Positions 46,111 to 62,584 of a stretch of 64,000 nucleotides of DNA are shown piece after piece. Each line of letters begins with the position of its first letter. Position 1 is the stretch's first letter. Below the pieces are notes generated by a model. The model made no database searches. It was not told the origin of the DNA and saw nothing but the letters and a program-made list of their open reading frames with translations. The stretch comes from the human T2T-CHM13v2.0 reference genome, Homo sapiens. A program made the translations under genes and the position numbers. The stretch is taken from the NCBI RefSeq assembly GCF_009914755.1, contig NC_060944.1. One strand, written 5' to 3'.

Positions 46111-48480
46111 GGGACATAAAAAGAAAAAAGAATAGGAGACTTCCTTTAAAAGATTTCAGAGTTGTACTGTAAGCCATAATAATTAAGATAGACTCCTATA
46201 CATATGGGCCTTCAGTTAATGACAAATACTGCATTTCAAAGAGAGCGAAAATGAAAGACTTTTAAAGTGTTGTTACAAGCTATATTTATCCTTTGCAAAA
46301 GGTAAGTTAGGTTGCCCACTTTATAGTACTCCCTAACTTAAATTCTGGAAGGGTAGGTTCTTAGCAGCTACTAAAGGTAGTAAGTAGATTTCTGCTAAAG
46401 GGAAGTCTGAGAGGTCAATGAGATATGCCTCTAGAAGTTTACCCTGGAAGGACAAGCCCTGAACTTTACAGGAAGGAGGCCAGGACACACGATGCCAGAA
46501 CCCTTGCCCCAAGTTACTGTCAGGAACCCCGAGTGAACCCTTGTCACTGCTACTGAATCACAGCTGAAAAAACTCCTACCTCCTTCTCCAGAGGAAACCT
46601 TCACACTGAGGTGTTTGTGCTCTTGCATCCAAGGAGCCTGGAACACAGAATACATGTACCTCATGGAAGAACATTCTGGAACACTATGAGTAAGGCAGTA
46701 AGGAGACACCTGTGAGCTGCTCTGGAGACTAAGCACCATGAATATGATTCCTAAGAGACAATCTCACTTACGAATGATCTATATTAACTCAAGTTAATAA
46801 CTAATGTTCAAGTTAATAACTAAAAGTTAATATTCTGGACTGGCACCCTTGAAGATTTATTTCTACCCAATATTCCTGAGTTTTTAATTTATATCATTGT
46901 ATATAAATGATATACAATAATTATAGGCATTTTCAATAAAACTTTTCCGAGAAAATTAAATGAAATTGCCCCAGACAGTTCTTTCTGTAAATGCAGCATA
47001 GCATGAAGTTTCTTTGCTCTTTTTTTGAATTCCCCCAAACATTTAAGACTCCAGTTTCCATACAAGTTTGTGAACTCCATGTGTTCTGTAGGACTTGTTG
47101 AAATAAAGATATAATAAATCATGTAGAGAAAATAGCTGAAAAAAAGTAAAAATAGGAGAACATGATTAATATTAGTCTTATTAGAATAAAAATTGTATTC
47201 AGTCCTCAATCAGAATTGAGGCCACCTCTTGCCACTTCCCTGCTGCAGGTTTGTCTCGAAGGGTAATGGAAACCATGCAGTGCTATGCTGCTGACTTGTA
47301 CAAGATAATAGTGACATTACATTCAGCTAGAGCGCCAAGTGACAAGACAGATGGTGAGAGATCTTACCAGCCATGTTAGTTTTCTTTTTAACTAATAGGC
47401 ATTGGGAAACCACTTAAAGCTTCAAATAGACACATTTTAGAGAGGTCACTCTGGAGCTATGGAAAAATGGATTTACTGGAATAAAGCCAGAGGATGGGAA
47501 GTTATTTGAATGGCTATTCTAATAATATAATTGTAGGAAAATATGAGAACCAAAATATTCTGGAACTAATTATTAATTAAAATCTGATAACGAAGGATGT
47601 CCTGGAAGTGTCATGATTATGACAGCTATTTGTTCTGTTTCTTAAAATGTTAAGAGATTAAGACACCTACAGCTCCAAAGGAACACTTGCTTATGCTACC
47701 TTCACCTGCTGCTCACTGGAATATCATCTGCTTTCTATGAGATTACTATTACAGAGCTTTCTATAAGACTGCTATTAGATAATGATAATTGCTATTATCT
47801 AACAGTATATGTTGGTGTCTCCTAGTAAATTTCCTGGCAAGAGACCCAAGCAGTGAGATGTCAACAGCAGTGGATGCTTCTAGGGGATAGAATGAGCCAT
47901 CTTTGATGAATACAAATTGCATGCTTCAAAGAGTATGGACACTTTTTGGATATGTGTGGGTAAGTTCTGAACACTGAGGTTGAAAAAAGAAAACAAGTAC
48001 CAATCTATGAAGAGTATTACATATCAGAATAAGAAATTTGAACTTTATTCTGTGGATAAAGGATATTTCTAGGATAAGATGGCAGAATTTACACATCCTC
48101 TTTCTCTACATCTAATAAAATTAAGCAAAATTGAAAAAATATATATATTTATCAGTATCATTTAAACATCTTAGTTAAAATATGTACATAATGGTCACAG
48201 AGGGACAGAAGATTCCAGGAATTTTTTGGCTCCTACTTCCAAGGCCATTTCCACCCTATGTGAGCACTATGAGGAAAATATTGTGAATGGACAAAATTCT
48301 TAAGTATGCCATCAAACTTGGAAGGAAATAACTGAAGGGACAATGAGGCATCCCAGAGGAATGATATGGAATCACTTTCAATAGTGATGTGTGATGGTTG
48401 TCACAGCCCACCCACTTACACCGGCCTCACAGTCAGCCCTCCTACTTGGGGAAGAGGGTTTTTGGGAAATAGGTCTACAC

Positions 48481-48697
48481 CAGTGATTCTCAACCAGGGG
48501 CAATTTCAGCCTTTAGTGGACTTTTGGCAAAGTATGGAGACATTTTTGTCAAAACTTCGGGAGGGTAAGGGGTTTCTATTGTCATGGTAGAGACCCAGGA
48601 TGCTGCTAAACGCCCTACAATGCACAATACAAGGCCCCTCAAGTGAAGAATTTGTGGGCCCAAAATGTCAATAGAGCTGAGGTTGGGATAAGCCTTG
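48481..48697 (+). mobile_element. MER20 (hAT-Charlie)
   Basis: cagtgattctcaaccagggg ... ggatgctgctaaac..cctacaatgcaca ... ccaaaatgtcaatag.gctgaggttg. Confidence 0.88.
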
Positions 48698-48860
48698 TCT
48701 AAATGATGGCAGAGAAAACAAATAGCATTTATTTATACTAATCAATTAACAATCTTTTTCTTTAAAAATAAATAAAAGTCCACCAAAAAGTTTTCCAGGT
48801 CACTGAATACATATGAAAACACTGGCAAAAATAACAATGATGAATAAAGTGAATAGGTAA

Positions 48861-49348
<488 letters not shown>

Positions 49349-49668
49349 CTTTTTTTTAGACTGTATTTTTCGACATCTGTTTTCTCTCTTCTTAGGCTAT
49401 TAAATATAAGCTATCAAATAATGTGGATAGTTAATGCTCTTATCTCTCTCAAATCCTTCTTTCTAATAACTGAGAGCAAAGGGACTGTATTGACTGTGTT
49501 GAATCTCTTCATGCACCAGTAACTCAGCTATGAAGGGGGTCTTCTTTAAACGGCTGGTCTGACTTTCATAGATTGACACTGCTCCTTTCTTTTATTGTGA
49601 AAAAATTAAACTCCTAAAAAGTCTTTTGGGAACTCTCAAAGTCTTTTGGGACTTCTCAAAAAACATAA

Positions 49669-50018
<350 letters not shown>

Positions 50019-51364
50019 TGAATAAAAGTGATAAGACCATATGGAATTACTGGACTAGTAGCATAGTTAAGCATTTTGTTTAAGACAACAAAGCGCATTT
50101 TGAAAATGCTGCTATCTCTCAATGCTGATAGTGCTTTTCTCCTGTGAGTGACCCAAGAATATTATAAATAGTTAGTAAAGGGAATGGAGACTTTGAGGTT
50201 GAACAAATGTTGCACTAGCTGTTTCTCGACTGAGTGTAACAGCTTCATGATTAAGGGAAAACAAAATTATTTTCTATTCCAAAGATTCATTCTATGAGGT
50301 GGCCATAAAGTCTAGAATTAGATACTAATGTTTTGTCATTCATTGTAATGCAATATTAGTAAACCATTTAAAAGATTTGCCTGGTTTCCTGACTTGGTGG
50401 CCACCTTGAATAATTCTTGCTGTCTTCTGGGAAGAACAATGGAATTTATTCCTGCCTTAAAAATCATACATCATGACTATCCTCAGAGAATGTCCTTTTC
50501 TATTTCTAGGAGTGACTTCTAATCTTCCACACTGGTGAGAAAAAGAAAGCCTATTTCATCCCGTTAGCGATGCTGAAACCCATGATTTACTTTCTGAAGA
50601 TGTCCCAGCGAGTCCCCCGTCAATTCACTGCCACATATATCCTGTTCCATAACGAGTGTGTCTTCCTTATAAATACTGCCCAGACTCTTGCCGGTTCCTC
50701 TCCCTTTGTCCTTTCATGTGAGTGTTCTTCGGCTACCTTAGTGGAAATATAGATCTGTCTCCTCCTTATCCTCTCAATTACAACAAAATAAGATTGTTTA
50801 CTTTTTACGTTTACGGGATGAAAGTGCCCCGTTCAGGTCAATGAAACATCAGTGCATTGCATTGACTCTGAACACTTCAGAATTTAGAGCTGCCATTGAA
50901 TGCCAGCTGATGGAGATAGAGTGCATATCAGACAGGTAGATAAAGTTCAGGTTTCCTGGGGAACCAGGTATAGAGAAAAACAAGTCTGATATGAGGAAAA
51001 TCGCACAATTTAGAGTAGTATTGCCATGTAAGTGATTTCTGCAAACTAGGAAAAGTAGAGCTGAAGTTATTATGTGGATAAGTCAAAAGAGGAAAGTGTG
51101 TACTTTTTCAGAAGCAGAAAAATATTCAAACTTCTTTCTTCTTTTTGGGTTTAGCAGACGCTCCAATGTGATCTTTGCCTTTGGAGTTTGGGTGAGGTAT
51201 AAGAAATGGGCTGATCCCTGATTCCATACTTTATTCCCCCTCCATCCTTTCCTTCCAGATAGACAATTCTACCCATCAGTGAATCACTCAATAAGTCTCA
51301 ACAGCATTTGCTTTTGCTGAGATTGCTCAGCAGTGGAGGGTCCTTTGCTAGGTGAGACCAATAG

Positions 51365-51687
<323 letters not shown>

Positions 51688-52119
51688 CTTTTCCATGGTC
51701 TTTGAAAGATGATGCTTATTTCATGGTCAGTGGCTTAAAAAAATCCCCGTCCTGGTTTTCTTCAACAAACTCTCTAGTTTTCCCTTTTTACAAAAAAGAT
51801 TTTGTAAAAATTAGTAATCTTAAAAATATTCTGACAAAAAGTAAAATTAAAGGGACATCTTTTCTTGGTTTTCCTTCTACGGCCCCATGTGCAGTACTTT
51901 CACCTTTAAGCAAAGAGAGTGGTTTCGATAGTCTCTAAGATTTCGACCTGATCTCACATTCTGCCATTCTACCCAGCTCTTAATTCAGTTTGCTTCCATT
52001 ATCCTAACAGGCTTCCACTTATTTAGAACCTGGAAATGCTGCTATTTAACACCCTGCAACACTGACGCAAACTTATGATAGGTACCAATTACTGAAGGCC
52101 AAATGAGTAAAATGTGTAG

Positions 52120-52290
52120 TTTTAGGACCTTTAAAAACATCTCATTTAATCTTCCTAGCATTCTATGAGAGAGGCATGATTCCACACTTATAAACAAAGA
52201 AGGAAAGGTTGGGGATGTGAAGCATCTTGGCCAGGCTTCTGCTGCCAGTGAACAGTGGAGCTGGGACTCCAGCCCAGGCTTTCCCAACTC
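52120..52290 (-). mobile_element. MIR fragment
   Basis: atctcatttaatcttc...agtggagctgggactcca core-like motifs. Confidence 0.7.
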
Positions 52291-52682
52291 AGAAGACTGA
52301 ACATCCAGGAGGATGTTAACTACTTGTGTCCTGTCCCAAACAACCCGGAGTTCTCAGTCGGCTTGGTTCTGCTTGTGACCTCACATCAAGAATAGCAGAG
52401 ATCACCAAAGTGATGTTCACCTCAGTGTGACACTGTTGTTGTTGTTGTTTCCTTGGCTTAAGCAAAGGAAGCACTAGTGGAGAGTCTCAGCCCTTAATCC
52501 TCCTCCCTAAGTCCCCATTTATAATAGAAATAAAAGGCTGTAAAGTCAGCTGGGCTTGGGTCCAGGCTCATCTGTGGAGGAGGCAAGCTCATGTTCCTCG
52601 CCTTCCCTTTCAATGTCCATTGTGTTGTGTCTCTGCCACACAATGCCATTACCCTTGCCATTATCTGTATACCTCAATTTGA

Positions 52683-52688
<6 letters not shown>

Positions 52689-52720
<32 letters not shown>
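52689..52720. repeat. (TG)16 microsatellite
   Basis: Direct reading. Confidence 0.97.
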
Positions 52721-52724
<4 letters not shown>

Positions 52725-52736
52725 GAAAAAGATTTA

Positions 52737-53123
<387 letters not shown>

Positions 53124-53810
53124 TTATTCCAGGAAGCACAATGTCATTCTTTAAATAAAAGATTTCCTGTTTAAAACTTTTCAAAGGAGCAGACCATGTT
53201 GGAGATTCTCCTTAGGTTTGGTTGGTGTATAATTCATTTTATTAAGCCATTCTTCATTTTAAGGCTTTGCTATAAAGTTAAAAGTGTACCAAATAAAAAT
53301 AAACTATTTTGTATTTAGAGAAGAGTAAAGGGAAGAAAAATGAATATTCAGTCTTTATATAAACTCCAAGGATAGTAGGGCTTAGAGGGCTTTTCTAGTT
53401 TTATGAGAATTTGTACTACTGATTTTTGTATATTCCTGTTTTTGAGATAAATGGATCTCTGGGGAAATTGTTGAGTTACAATGGCATTTCACTGTGATCC
53501 CTGTCAAGCTCAGATCAGCTCTATAACTCAATGATGACCTGTCTCTTTGATTACTGTCCTGTAAAATGTCAGCTAAAGTTTCCCAGAGGTCATGCATGTA
53601 CCATAAGGCAGAGTACTTTTCCTCAGTGCAACAGTTGCTGGCTCTCTTCATTTCGGTATATGTGCTTTAATGCAAAGTATCTAAACCTGCAGTGTGATCT
53701 GTATATGTTATCCTATTAATTGTATTATTGATCATTTTGATTATCTTGCTTGAAGATTTATTCATACTTTTTGATTTGGTAGAAACAAATTTTTTTTCTG
53801 CTTATAAAAA

Positions 53811-56000
53811 GGATCTAAAAGACAGGATGAGAATGATGTCCCACCAAATAGAAAATATCAATGAGATAAAAACTATTAAATTGGAACCCCAAATAAATTA
53901 TTTGGTTAAGAATTACAATAACTGAAATTAAACATGTACTAGAGGTGTTAATTAGTAGATTTGAGCAGGCAGAAGAACTGATGGGCATGAATACAGATTC
54001 AGACTACATAGTATGAGAAACAACAACAAAAAGAATGAAGAAAAGTGAAGAGAGCCTAAGAAACACCACCAGGTGGACCAACATGCATTATAGGAGTCCT
54101 AGAGAAGGAGTAATAGAGGAATAGAAGGAAAAGTTGAAAAAGTAATGGCCAAAAATTTCCCAAATTTGATGAAATGCATGAATCTATATATTCAAGAAGC
54201 TCAAAATACTCCAAGTAGGATAAATTCAAAGAGATCAACATGTAGACACATAATAAACTGTCAAAAGATAAAAGACTATGAGAGAATCTTGAAATCAGAG
54301 AGAAAAGCAAATCATCATATACAAGGGATCTGTAATAAGAAAAACAATGGATTTCTCATCAGAAACAATGGAAGTCAGAAGGCAATGAGTTGACATATTC
54401 AAAGTGCTGAAAGAAAAAAAAATGTCAATCAAGAATTATGTATCCAACAAAATTATCCTTTTAAAATGAAGGAGAAAGTAAGATATTTCCACATAAACAA
54501 AAAATAAGTTTATTGCTAATAGACTGACTCTACAAGAAACAAAAAGAGAATTAAGTGATACATTAGGAAAAGTCTAACATAAAAGGCAGTAATTGAGAAA
54601 TAGAGGAACATGGAAAATTCAGAAAACAAATATTAAAATGGCAGACATAGATCCTACCTTATCAATAACTAGATTAAATGTAAATAGATTACTCTCCAAT
54701 TAAATTTTAGAGATTGGCAGAATGTATAGAAACTATGATATAACTATCACAGTATCCAAAAGAAAGATAGAGTGGCTATTCCAATATCAGAAAAAAAATG
54801 GACTAAGTTAAAAAAAAAAAGGTCATTAGAGACAAAGAAGGACATTTTGTAACAATAAAACGGCCAATTATTCAGGAAGATATATCAATTGTAAACATGT
54901 ATGCACCTAACAATAGAGTCTCAAAATACATGAAGCAAAAACTGATAGAATTAAAGGGAGAACTAACTCAACAATAATCATCAGAGACTTCAATATTCCA
55001 CTTTTAATAGTGGATAAAACAATTAGTAGATCATCAAGGAAATAGGAAACTGAATAACACTATAAAACCCTAAAGAATTTCAAGCAGGGTCTCACATAGA
55101 TATTGGTACACCCATGTTCATAGCAGCATCATTCACAATAGCTAAAACATGAAAGCAACCCAAGTGTCCATTGCCAGAAAAAATTGACAAGCAAAATGCA
55201 GTATATACATATAATGGGATATTATTCAGCTTAAAAGAAGTAAATTCTGATATATGATACAATGTGGATTAAACTTGAGGACATTATGCTAAGTGAAAAA
55301 AGCCAGGTGAAAGGAGGGAAAGGGTCAGAAAAAAATAACTATTGAATACCAGGCTTAGTACCTGGGTGACAAAATAATCTGTATGACAAACCCTCATGAC
55401 ACGAGTTTACCTATATAACAAACCTGCACATGTACCCCTGAACCTAAAATAAAAGTAAAAACAAAAAGAAATTGAAATTACCCTTTTCTATCAAAGTCTT
55501 TGTTCTTTATGTAAAATATTATATTTGGGAGGTATATATGTATCATAATTCTATTTTTCAAATAAGAATTAAACAACAATAATATATACATATACACATA
55601 TGTTTATATATACATACATATATTACATATGTATGTGAGATGAGGGTTATATTTAAAAAGTTAATCAATCACAAAAGACAAATACTGTATGATTTCACTT
55701 ATATAAAGTATTTAGAGTAGTCAAAATTATAGAAAGTAGAATGGTGGTTGCTGGAGGCTGGGAGAATGGGAGTTAATGTTTGATGGGTACATAGTTTCAG
55801 TTTTACAAGATGAAAAAGTTCTAGAGATTGATGGTAGTAATGGTTGCACAACTTTATAAATGTATTTAATACCACTAACATGTACACTTAAAATGGTTAA
55901 GGTGGTAGCTTTTATGTTGTATGTATTTTACTACAATTTTACAAATTGGAAAAAAGAAGAAATGGAAAATATGAACAGACCTATAACAAGAGATTGATTA
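53811..56000 (+). mobile_element. Old L1M mosaic (ORF1, ORF2 start, L1MB-type 3' end) with a nested older-L1PA 3' tip (~55310-55470)
   Basis: ORF track 54145..54393 is ORF1-like (NFPNLMK...IQEAQNTPSRIN); 3' UTR motifs follow. Confidence 0.82.
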
Positions 56001-56276
56001 GTGATTTTTTTAAAAGTTTAGTATGGATATAAGGGCTTCAGAGGCATAGAGGGGAACACCAAGACACTCTGGGCCACCTCAAAGCATGTGGACAGGACAA
56101 CAGTAAGGAAGTTGGCTTCACCCTAACGGAAATAAGGTAAATTCCTTTACCCATTCCATAGCAAGGCATGGGGAAATAATAACCTGCCCACCTGCTCCAT
56201 ATCGTCCTTCTTAGAACAAAGCCTGAGAAATAACTCCCAAGTCCCCTTAGCCAAAGCAGTGTCACTGAGAATGGGG

Positions 56277-56681
56277 TGATATAGTTTGAATGTTTGTCCT
56301 CTCCAAATCTTACGCTGAAATGTGATTCCCAATGTTAAAGGTGGGGCCTGGTGGGAAGTGTTTGCATCATGGGGGTGGATCTCTCATGAATGGCTTGGTG
56401 CTGTCCTCATGAGGGTGAGTGAGTTCTCAGAGATCTGGTTGTTTAAATTGTGTGGCACCTCCCCACTCTCTCTTACTCCTGCTCTTGCCATAGGATATAC
56501 CAGCTCCCCATTTGCCTTCTGCCATGAGTAAAAGTTTCCTGAGGCCTCACCAGAGGCAGAGCAGATGCCTTTGCCATGCTTCCTGCACAGCTTGCAGAAC
56601 TGTGAGCCAATTAAACCTCCTTCCTTACAAATCACCCAGCCTCAGGTGTTTCTTTTTAGCAACAAAGAACAGCCTAACCCA
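56277..56681 (+). mobile_element. MaLR solo LTR (MSTB-like)
   Basis: tgatatagtttg.atgtttgtcc start; gaactgtgagccaattaaacct near the end. Confidence 0.88.
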
Positions 56682-59600
56682 AGGAGTAAGTGCCTGTACT
56701 TAACAATCTCCTGTTCGCTAGCCATCGACTTACTAATAATACTGATTATGCACAAAGGCCCACCAGCCACTGAGCAAAATCAGTCATATTACATATAACA
56801 GACATATTGGTGAGCACATCACATCTGGCAGCCACATACGCATATATTTAATTATGTCCATGTGGTTTAAGAAAATTAAAAACTTTCCAATTGTTACCTT
56901 TGGTGAGTGGATGGGGGAGATTAGTGAGAGTTCCAGGCATAAAACTATGCACCATACACTTTTATATATTTCATTACTGTGGATCTTTATATTGTGTGAA
57001 AATAGAAATGAAGATAACAAATAGGATAATTTACATATCTTTTCTGTTAAATCTAGCAAGTTTATATCCATATGAACTGAGAGTGCCAGTTCAAATTCAT
57101 ACTCCCTAAATAAACAAGAGGTCTCTCCATGAAACATTGATATGAAGTCTTTACTGAAAAAGAGATATGGACACATTAAGGCAATTAGTCCCTTTATTAA
57201 GGTAAATAGCAATGTTCTTTTCTTAAAAAAGAAAGATGGAGAGGAAAAGAGGGTGAGGGAGGGGTATAGGAGAGGAAAAGGAGGTGATGGCTGGGGGAGG
57301 AAGAGGGAGGGAAGGTTAGGACATGGAGACTGGAGACCAGAGGATGAACAGGAGGATGAAGGTAGTCTAGAGGAAAGAGGTTGGGTAGGAGATTGCGAAG
57401 GGAAATTTAGGGCACATGGGGGCAAAGCAGAGTCTGAAATATTTAGTGAACTCCATGGAGATGTTTATTAGGCCCTAGCCAAAACATGTCAGTCTGGGTG
57501 TGTATCCTAATAAAAAGCTTGATAAATTTATGTATGTTTTAAGAAATGTGTTCAATTCTAGGCTTCCTTTGTCTTTAGATGCTCAGGGTATTTCAGAGCT
57601 GTCCCTGAAGAAACACACAGTCTGCCCAGCCATGGGTAATGACAGTCCTGTGCCACCCCCAAGTTACCATCTCTCACTACCAGCAAATTCCCTGTTCCCA
57701 ATTCACCAAGAAACAGTCTTCAACCTAGGAGGAAAGAAGGAAGAGGAAAGAAGCATGGGGCACAGGTGGAGGGAGAGAGCACATGGTCCCTCCTTCCTCT
57801 CCTTGGGATGCTGCTCCGTGGCCCCAGCACCGCTCCCGAGAGATCTGTTCTTTCCTGGGACAAAACAACCATCAGTTTCTGGGGTTGAGTTCTTTCCTGG
57901 AAAGGCAGAAGACTGTCTGTTCTTTGTCTAAGGAAAGCCTGAAAACATCTGTATGCTTTTGTCTATCACTTCAGGACTAAATGAAGACGGATGAGCAGAG
58001 AAAGGATGGCTCGTCCATGTCTTTTATGTAAAGGAAACCTTCAGGAAGTTGTTATGAATGTTTCTGAGGTGCTGGCGTGTTGGAGAGAACCAAAAAAGTC
58101 TTCAATTTTGTAGTTGGCCAAGGAATAGCAAAATCCCGGTTCTGAGGCATTTAAAAATAGACAATGGAAAAAAGCAACTGGGGTGAGTTCCTGGGACTCC
58201 CTGCAGTGGTAAATTGGAGAAAGATGAGACAAGGATGCATTCCAGCAAGGGAGAGACTTACCTTTGTGTCACCATGAGCCCAACTCCTGACGCTGGGGCC
58301 CAGGCTGCCAGTTAGGGACGTCACCATTACTGGACCACAGAGGAAGCCCTACCATCCCCAGGAGAAGTCAGTTTCACACTGGAGCATTTGTGCTCCTAGT
58401 ACCCTAGTTGCACGGAACTCAGAATGCAGGGACTTCTAGGTATATTACGACTTAAAACAGGAGGTTCTAGAACACATAAGCACAGGTGACCCATGGGAGT
58501 AGACATCTGTGGCTGTTCTGGAAACCAACCACAGTGAGCACCATTTTAAGTAAAAATGTTCTAAGTTACAGATGACTTGAAGGATCTTACTTTGCAGAAG
58601 TCCTTGAACAATGTTTTCTACCTAATATCCTCATGCCATTTTTGGCAACTCACTAGAACAGTTTTCAGAGAAAAAGCCTCTCCAGTGATGATCTAACTTA
58701 ACCCAGGCAGCTTGGTTTTCTGTCACTGTAGCATAATGTCAAAATTCCTTTTCTCCATTTATTACTCATCACATAACACCCTAAATCCTCAAGAAAACTA
58801 TTTGGAAATATCTTAATATGGCACATCACTTTCAGCGTGTGCTCTATAAATGTGTTCTTATTTTGAAAAGTGAATGGATGTCTAAATCCCAAGAACAAGC
58901 ACAGAAAGGCAGAACAGGGCTAGCAGCTTGTCTTCCCAGAATGAATATTGCGCCAACCACTGTGAAAACCTGGAACTCCAATAGTCATTCCACACACAAA
59001 AAAAATCTGATGCTTAGCATACATATTTTTGGAACATCTAATAAGTTAATACTTTACATTAGTGGGTTTTTTTTACATTTATAGTAAATCTGACACATAA
59101 AGACCTCCATCCTCAGCCACCCCAACTCTGTTTGAATGGCACCTGGTGGCTTGTCTGATGAGCTGCAGCCACACTGCCACCAGCTTGCCCAGCCTCAGGC
59201 TTCTCCTCCAGGGCTTGGATAGGTAAGTAAATGACTCCACTGACATAGTGACTCCCAGCTTCTGGAAACCAGGAAATAAATATGATTTCTAAGAGAGCTG
59301 AGAAATTAAGGCTTGAATTTGGCACAGATCTGCTTTCTTTTCCTCTTCTCGCTAGCTTGTGACCAGCTGTTGGATCGGAGTTGGGTAAACTCACATCTTG
59401 CACACAGGCCTCCAGCTTGTGCTTGGTATTTATGGGGAGACACGTCTCCAGCTTTGCTGAGTGTGAGCCCCTACAGGATCCTGGGGCAAAGGGAAGACAA
59501 GAAGCCTGAGTGAAGCCCAGGCAGGCCTTTTGAGGGGCTTGTCTTTCTTGACAAGTGGAGGGAGGCCACAGAAACTTTCTAAGCCATCACTGTCATGGTC

Positions 59601-60434
59601 CCCTCTGTGCAGGCCACTCCGGCAGCTCTGAAAGGATGTTGTTGAGGAATGCAAGGACAGGGTTGGGGAGATCTGTAGGGTGGCGATTTTATCAAACCTG
59701 TAAGAGATGATCTTGGTCTAAGGTGGCTGTTGTAGGAATAAAGAGGAGGAAAAGGATCCAGGATCCAGGAACAATTGAGGAGATGCAACCCACAGGGCTG
59801 GGCACTGGATGTGAATGGGAGGAGGAGGGAGAGCTGGGCTGACTGTCAGGGAGGATCCTTGAGCATGTTGGGTGAGACCAGCTGAGTCAGAGAAGAGGTG
59901 ACAGGGCAGGGCCTCAGGACTAGAGCTCACCTGCTGACACAGCATAGCAGAGGACGCTGAGGGGATGAACTCAGGCAGCCAGGCAGGAAGTGTGCTGGGC
60001 CCCAGAGCCTCCCTTTGCCATTGCCTCTGAGTGACCTCCCTGGAGGAAAAAGTCACACACTTGCTTATACAAGGCTGCAATGATTTGAGAGCATAATAAA
60101 TACCAAAACAGTAAAATTCCATGGTGCTACTTGCTCTCTTCCCTAGAGAAAGGAAAAGCATGGAAAAATAATGTTGGATGTGCTATCACCTAAGCAGATC
60201 AGCAACATGGCTTAAAGGTGAGCACCACTGGGCATAATGCACACTTCAATTAAATGCAAAGTTATCATGTGCTCTTCTTTCAGAACTTTTAAATGTAAAA
60301 TATAAGACACATAAGAAGAAACTCGAGAAAGAATTTCCAGCTTTTGTTAGACCTCACAGAGAGGCCTGTCCATTGTGCAAATAATCTTGCATTTGGGTGC
60401 CTATTTGCCCAGGTCTTATATTAAAAAAGATATT

Positions 60435-60787
60435 TACTATGGTCTGAATGTTTGTGATCACAGCCCCCCAAATTCATACGTTGAAGCCTAATCCCTAATG
60501 TGGTGGTATTAAGAGGTGGGGCCCTTGGGAGGTGATTAAGTCATAACACTCCACCCTCATGGATGGGATTAATGCCTTCCTAAAAGAGTCCTAAGGGAGC
60601 TTATTTGCCTCTTCCATCAGGTGAGGACACAGGTAGAAGGTGTCAACTATGAGGAATGGGCCTTCACCAGACACCAAATCTGCTATTTCCTTGATCTCGG
60701 ACTTCCTAGCCTCCAGAACTGTGAGCAATAATGTTATTTGTAAATTACACAGTCTAAAGTATTTTGCAGCCAAAACAGACTAAGAAA
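60435..60787 (+). mobile_element. MaLR LTR (MLT1A/MSTD-like)
   Basis: ctatggtctgaatgtttgtg...aaattcatacgttgaa...gcctccagaactgtgag. Confidence 0.85.
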
Positions 60788-62584
60788 GAATATTGTAAGG
60801 ATTCAAACAAAGGGAGGGATGGTCAAAGCTACATGCAATACCAAAAGCCTGAAAGGACAAAGGTACCTGATCTTAGCTATAATGTTAATCTGGGCATCCT
60901 TCCCCTAGGGATGATCCAATTCATGATCCACTAGGCAGAAGACAAACACTGATTGACAGGTGTGTGCACTTAATTCCTTCTCTCTCTCAATGTCACGGCA
61001 AATCCTCATGCACAGAGGTCACATTTTATTCCTTTACCTCCAAAGGAATAGACACACACTAAATACCTTTAGATTGCATCATTTCCATTTAATGCTGGTC
61101 CTGATATTAAGGAATTTAAGAAGAGAGTAGGAGAAGGAGGTGAAATAAGCTTCCTACTTTCACAGCAGGTAACATGTTTCTTGGTACATGGATTAAAATC
61201 AGGATTTTTGTTAATAATAAAATAGATTTCCTGTAAAGTCTTTATGTAAAACAGTCTATGCACAGACCTTTAATAAATTGATAATGTATGGACAATATTT
61301 CAGTAATTTTTCTTGATTTGAATTTTCTGCACTAATTTCTTACAATAAACATGTAATGTTTTACACAAATTATTTCAATAGGAGAAATAGTAAATCATTT
61401 AGTCGGTCAAAACTTGATGAACTTAAATGTTTTCATGACTACAAATGTGTCCAAGAGGCAACACATCCTGCAATGTTACCCACCTTACAACACAAAAGCC
61501 CACATAACCAGGATATGATTTGAATTTTTAAATACTTATTTTGCAATTTTAAGTTATAAGCAGTTGATACCCAAATATTTCCTAATTTAACTGGCTTAAG
61601 TATTTTTATTTTTATTTTTATCTACAATCTTACATCAGAACTATCAGATTTGTTTTTATGTGTTTTTCATGCTTAACAGCCAAGACATCCCTGCTGCAAA
61701 GCCTGATTTTTGGCTAGAAAATCTTTTGCCCATACCAAAAACACAGTATATTTTCTCAATAATTATTTCCTGATAATCTACTTTGTGCCAGGAACTGGAA
61801 TTTGACATAAGACTCCACACCAACATATTTTCAGTCTTCTGGGAAGATGGCGTCTGACCAGGCAAGAACTACCCGGACCGATGGTTTCTGCTGGAGGGAG
61901 AACTAGAGGTGGTTTGGGGCACACAGAGGGGAAGCCCTCATCTGGTCTTCAGGGCAGGGTGGTGGAGACAAACAGGCAGAGGCAGCCATGTTCACATGAG
62001 TCAGGGTAAAGAGCACATCCCTGGGGAACTTTTTTATACCCAGGTACAGTCACCATGGGGAGTGACGGCTGGGACGTGGGGGACCACGGAGTCGCCAGCC
62101 AAGTCGGGAAGGGCGTTTGGATTTCTCAGGAAGACATCGCGGGCCACCCAGAGAAGGGCAGGACACAGGGCACGAGGACATGAGGAAGGAGGCTCATGCC
62201 CACCAAGCGCAGGGCCCGGCTGAGACCAGTGAGGGCAGATGGGAGCCTGAGCAGGTACAGGGTCAGGAGTTACGAAGATAGTGGTCAGGTTCCTAGAGCT
62301 CAGGCATTCAGCTGGGGCGTGGTGGGGAAGTCCACTGGGGCAGCTGGAGGCACAAGAGAGAAGGGCTGGATGTCCCTGAGGCCAGCATCTGAATGAGAGC
62401 AGAGCTCGTGGAGAGCACAGCAAAGTTAAACGAAAGCCTACCAAGGTAGGAGCGAAAGGTATTAGGCAAGAGAAGACAACATAAGAAGTAAAAGTGATAA
62501 GTTCACTGATTTATACACTAACTCACACTAAGGATAGGAACTGTGCAGTGTTGATCCACGCCTAGAGGTGGAAGTTATCTAAGG

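Noticed and set aside
49617-49660. 20-bp tandem duplication aaagtcttttggga..tctc (and a similar short one at ~46790-46824)
   Set aside because: Ordinary slippage-type micro-duplications with no further structure.
56784-57471. 213-aa minus-strand and 109-aa plus-strand ORFs
   Set aside because: Driven by a low-complexity purine-rich tract (~57225-57400); no recognisable domain or splice structure.
60950-61840. AT-rich block that might be an old DNA-transposon interior or another retrocopy
   Set aside because: No TIRs, TSD, polyA tail or recognisable protein motif found by eye; a Dfam/BLAST search is needed.
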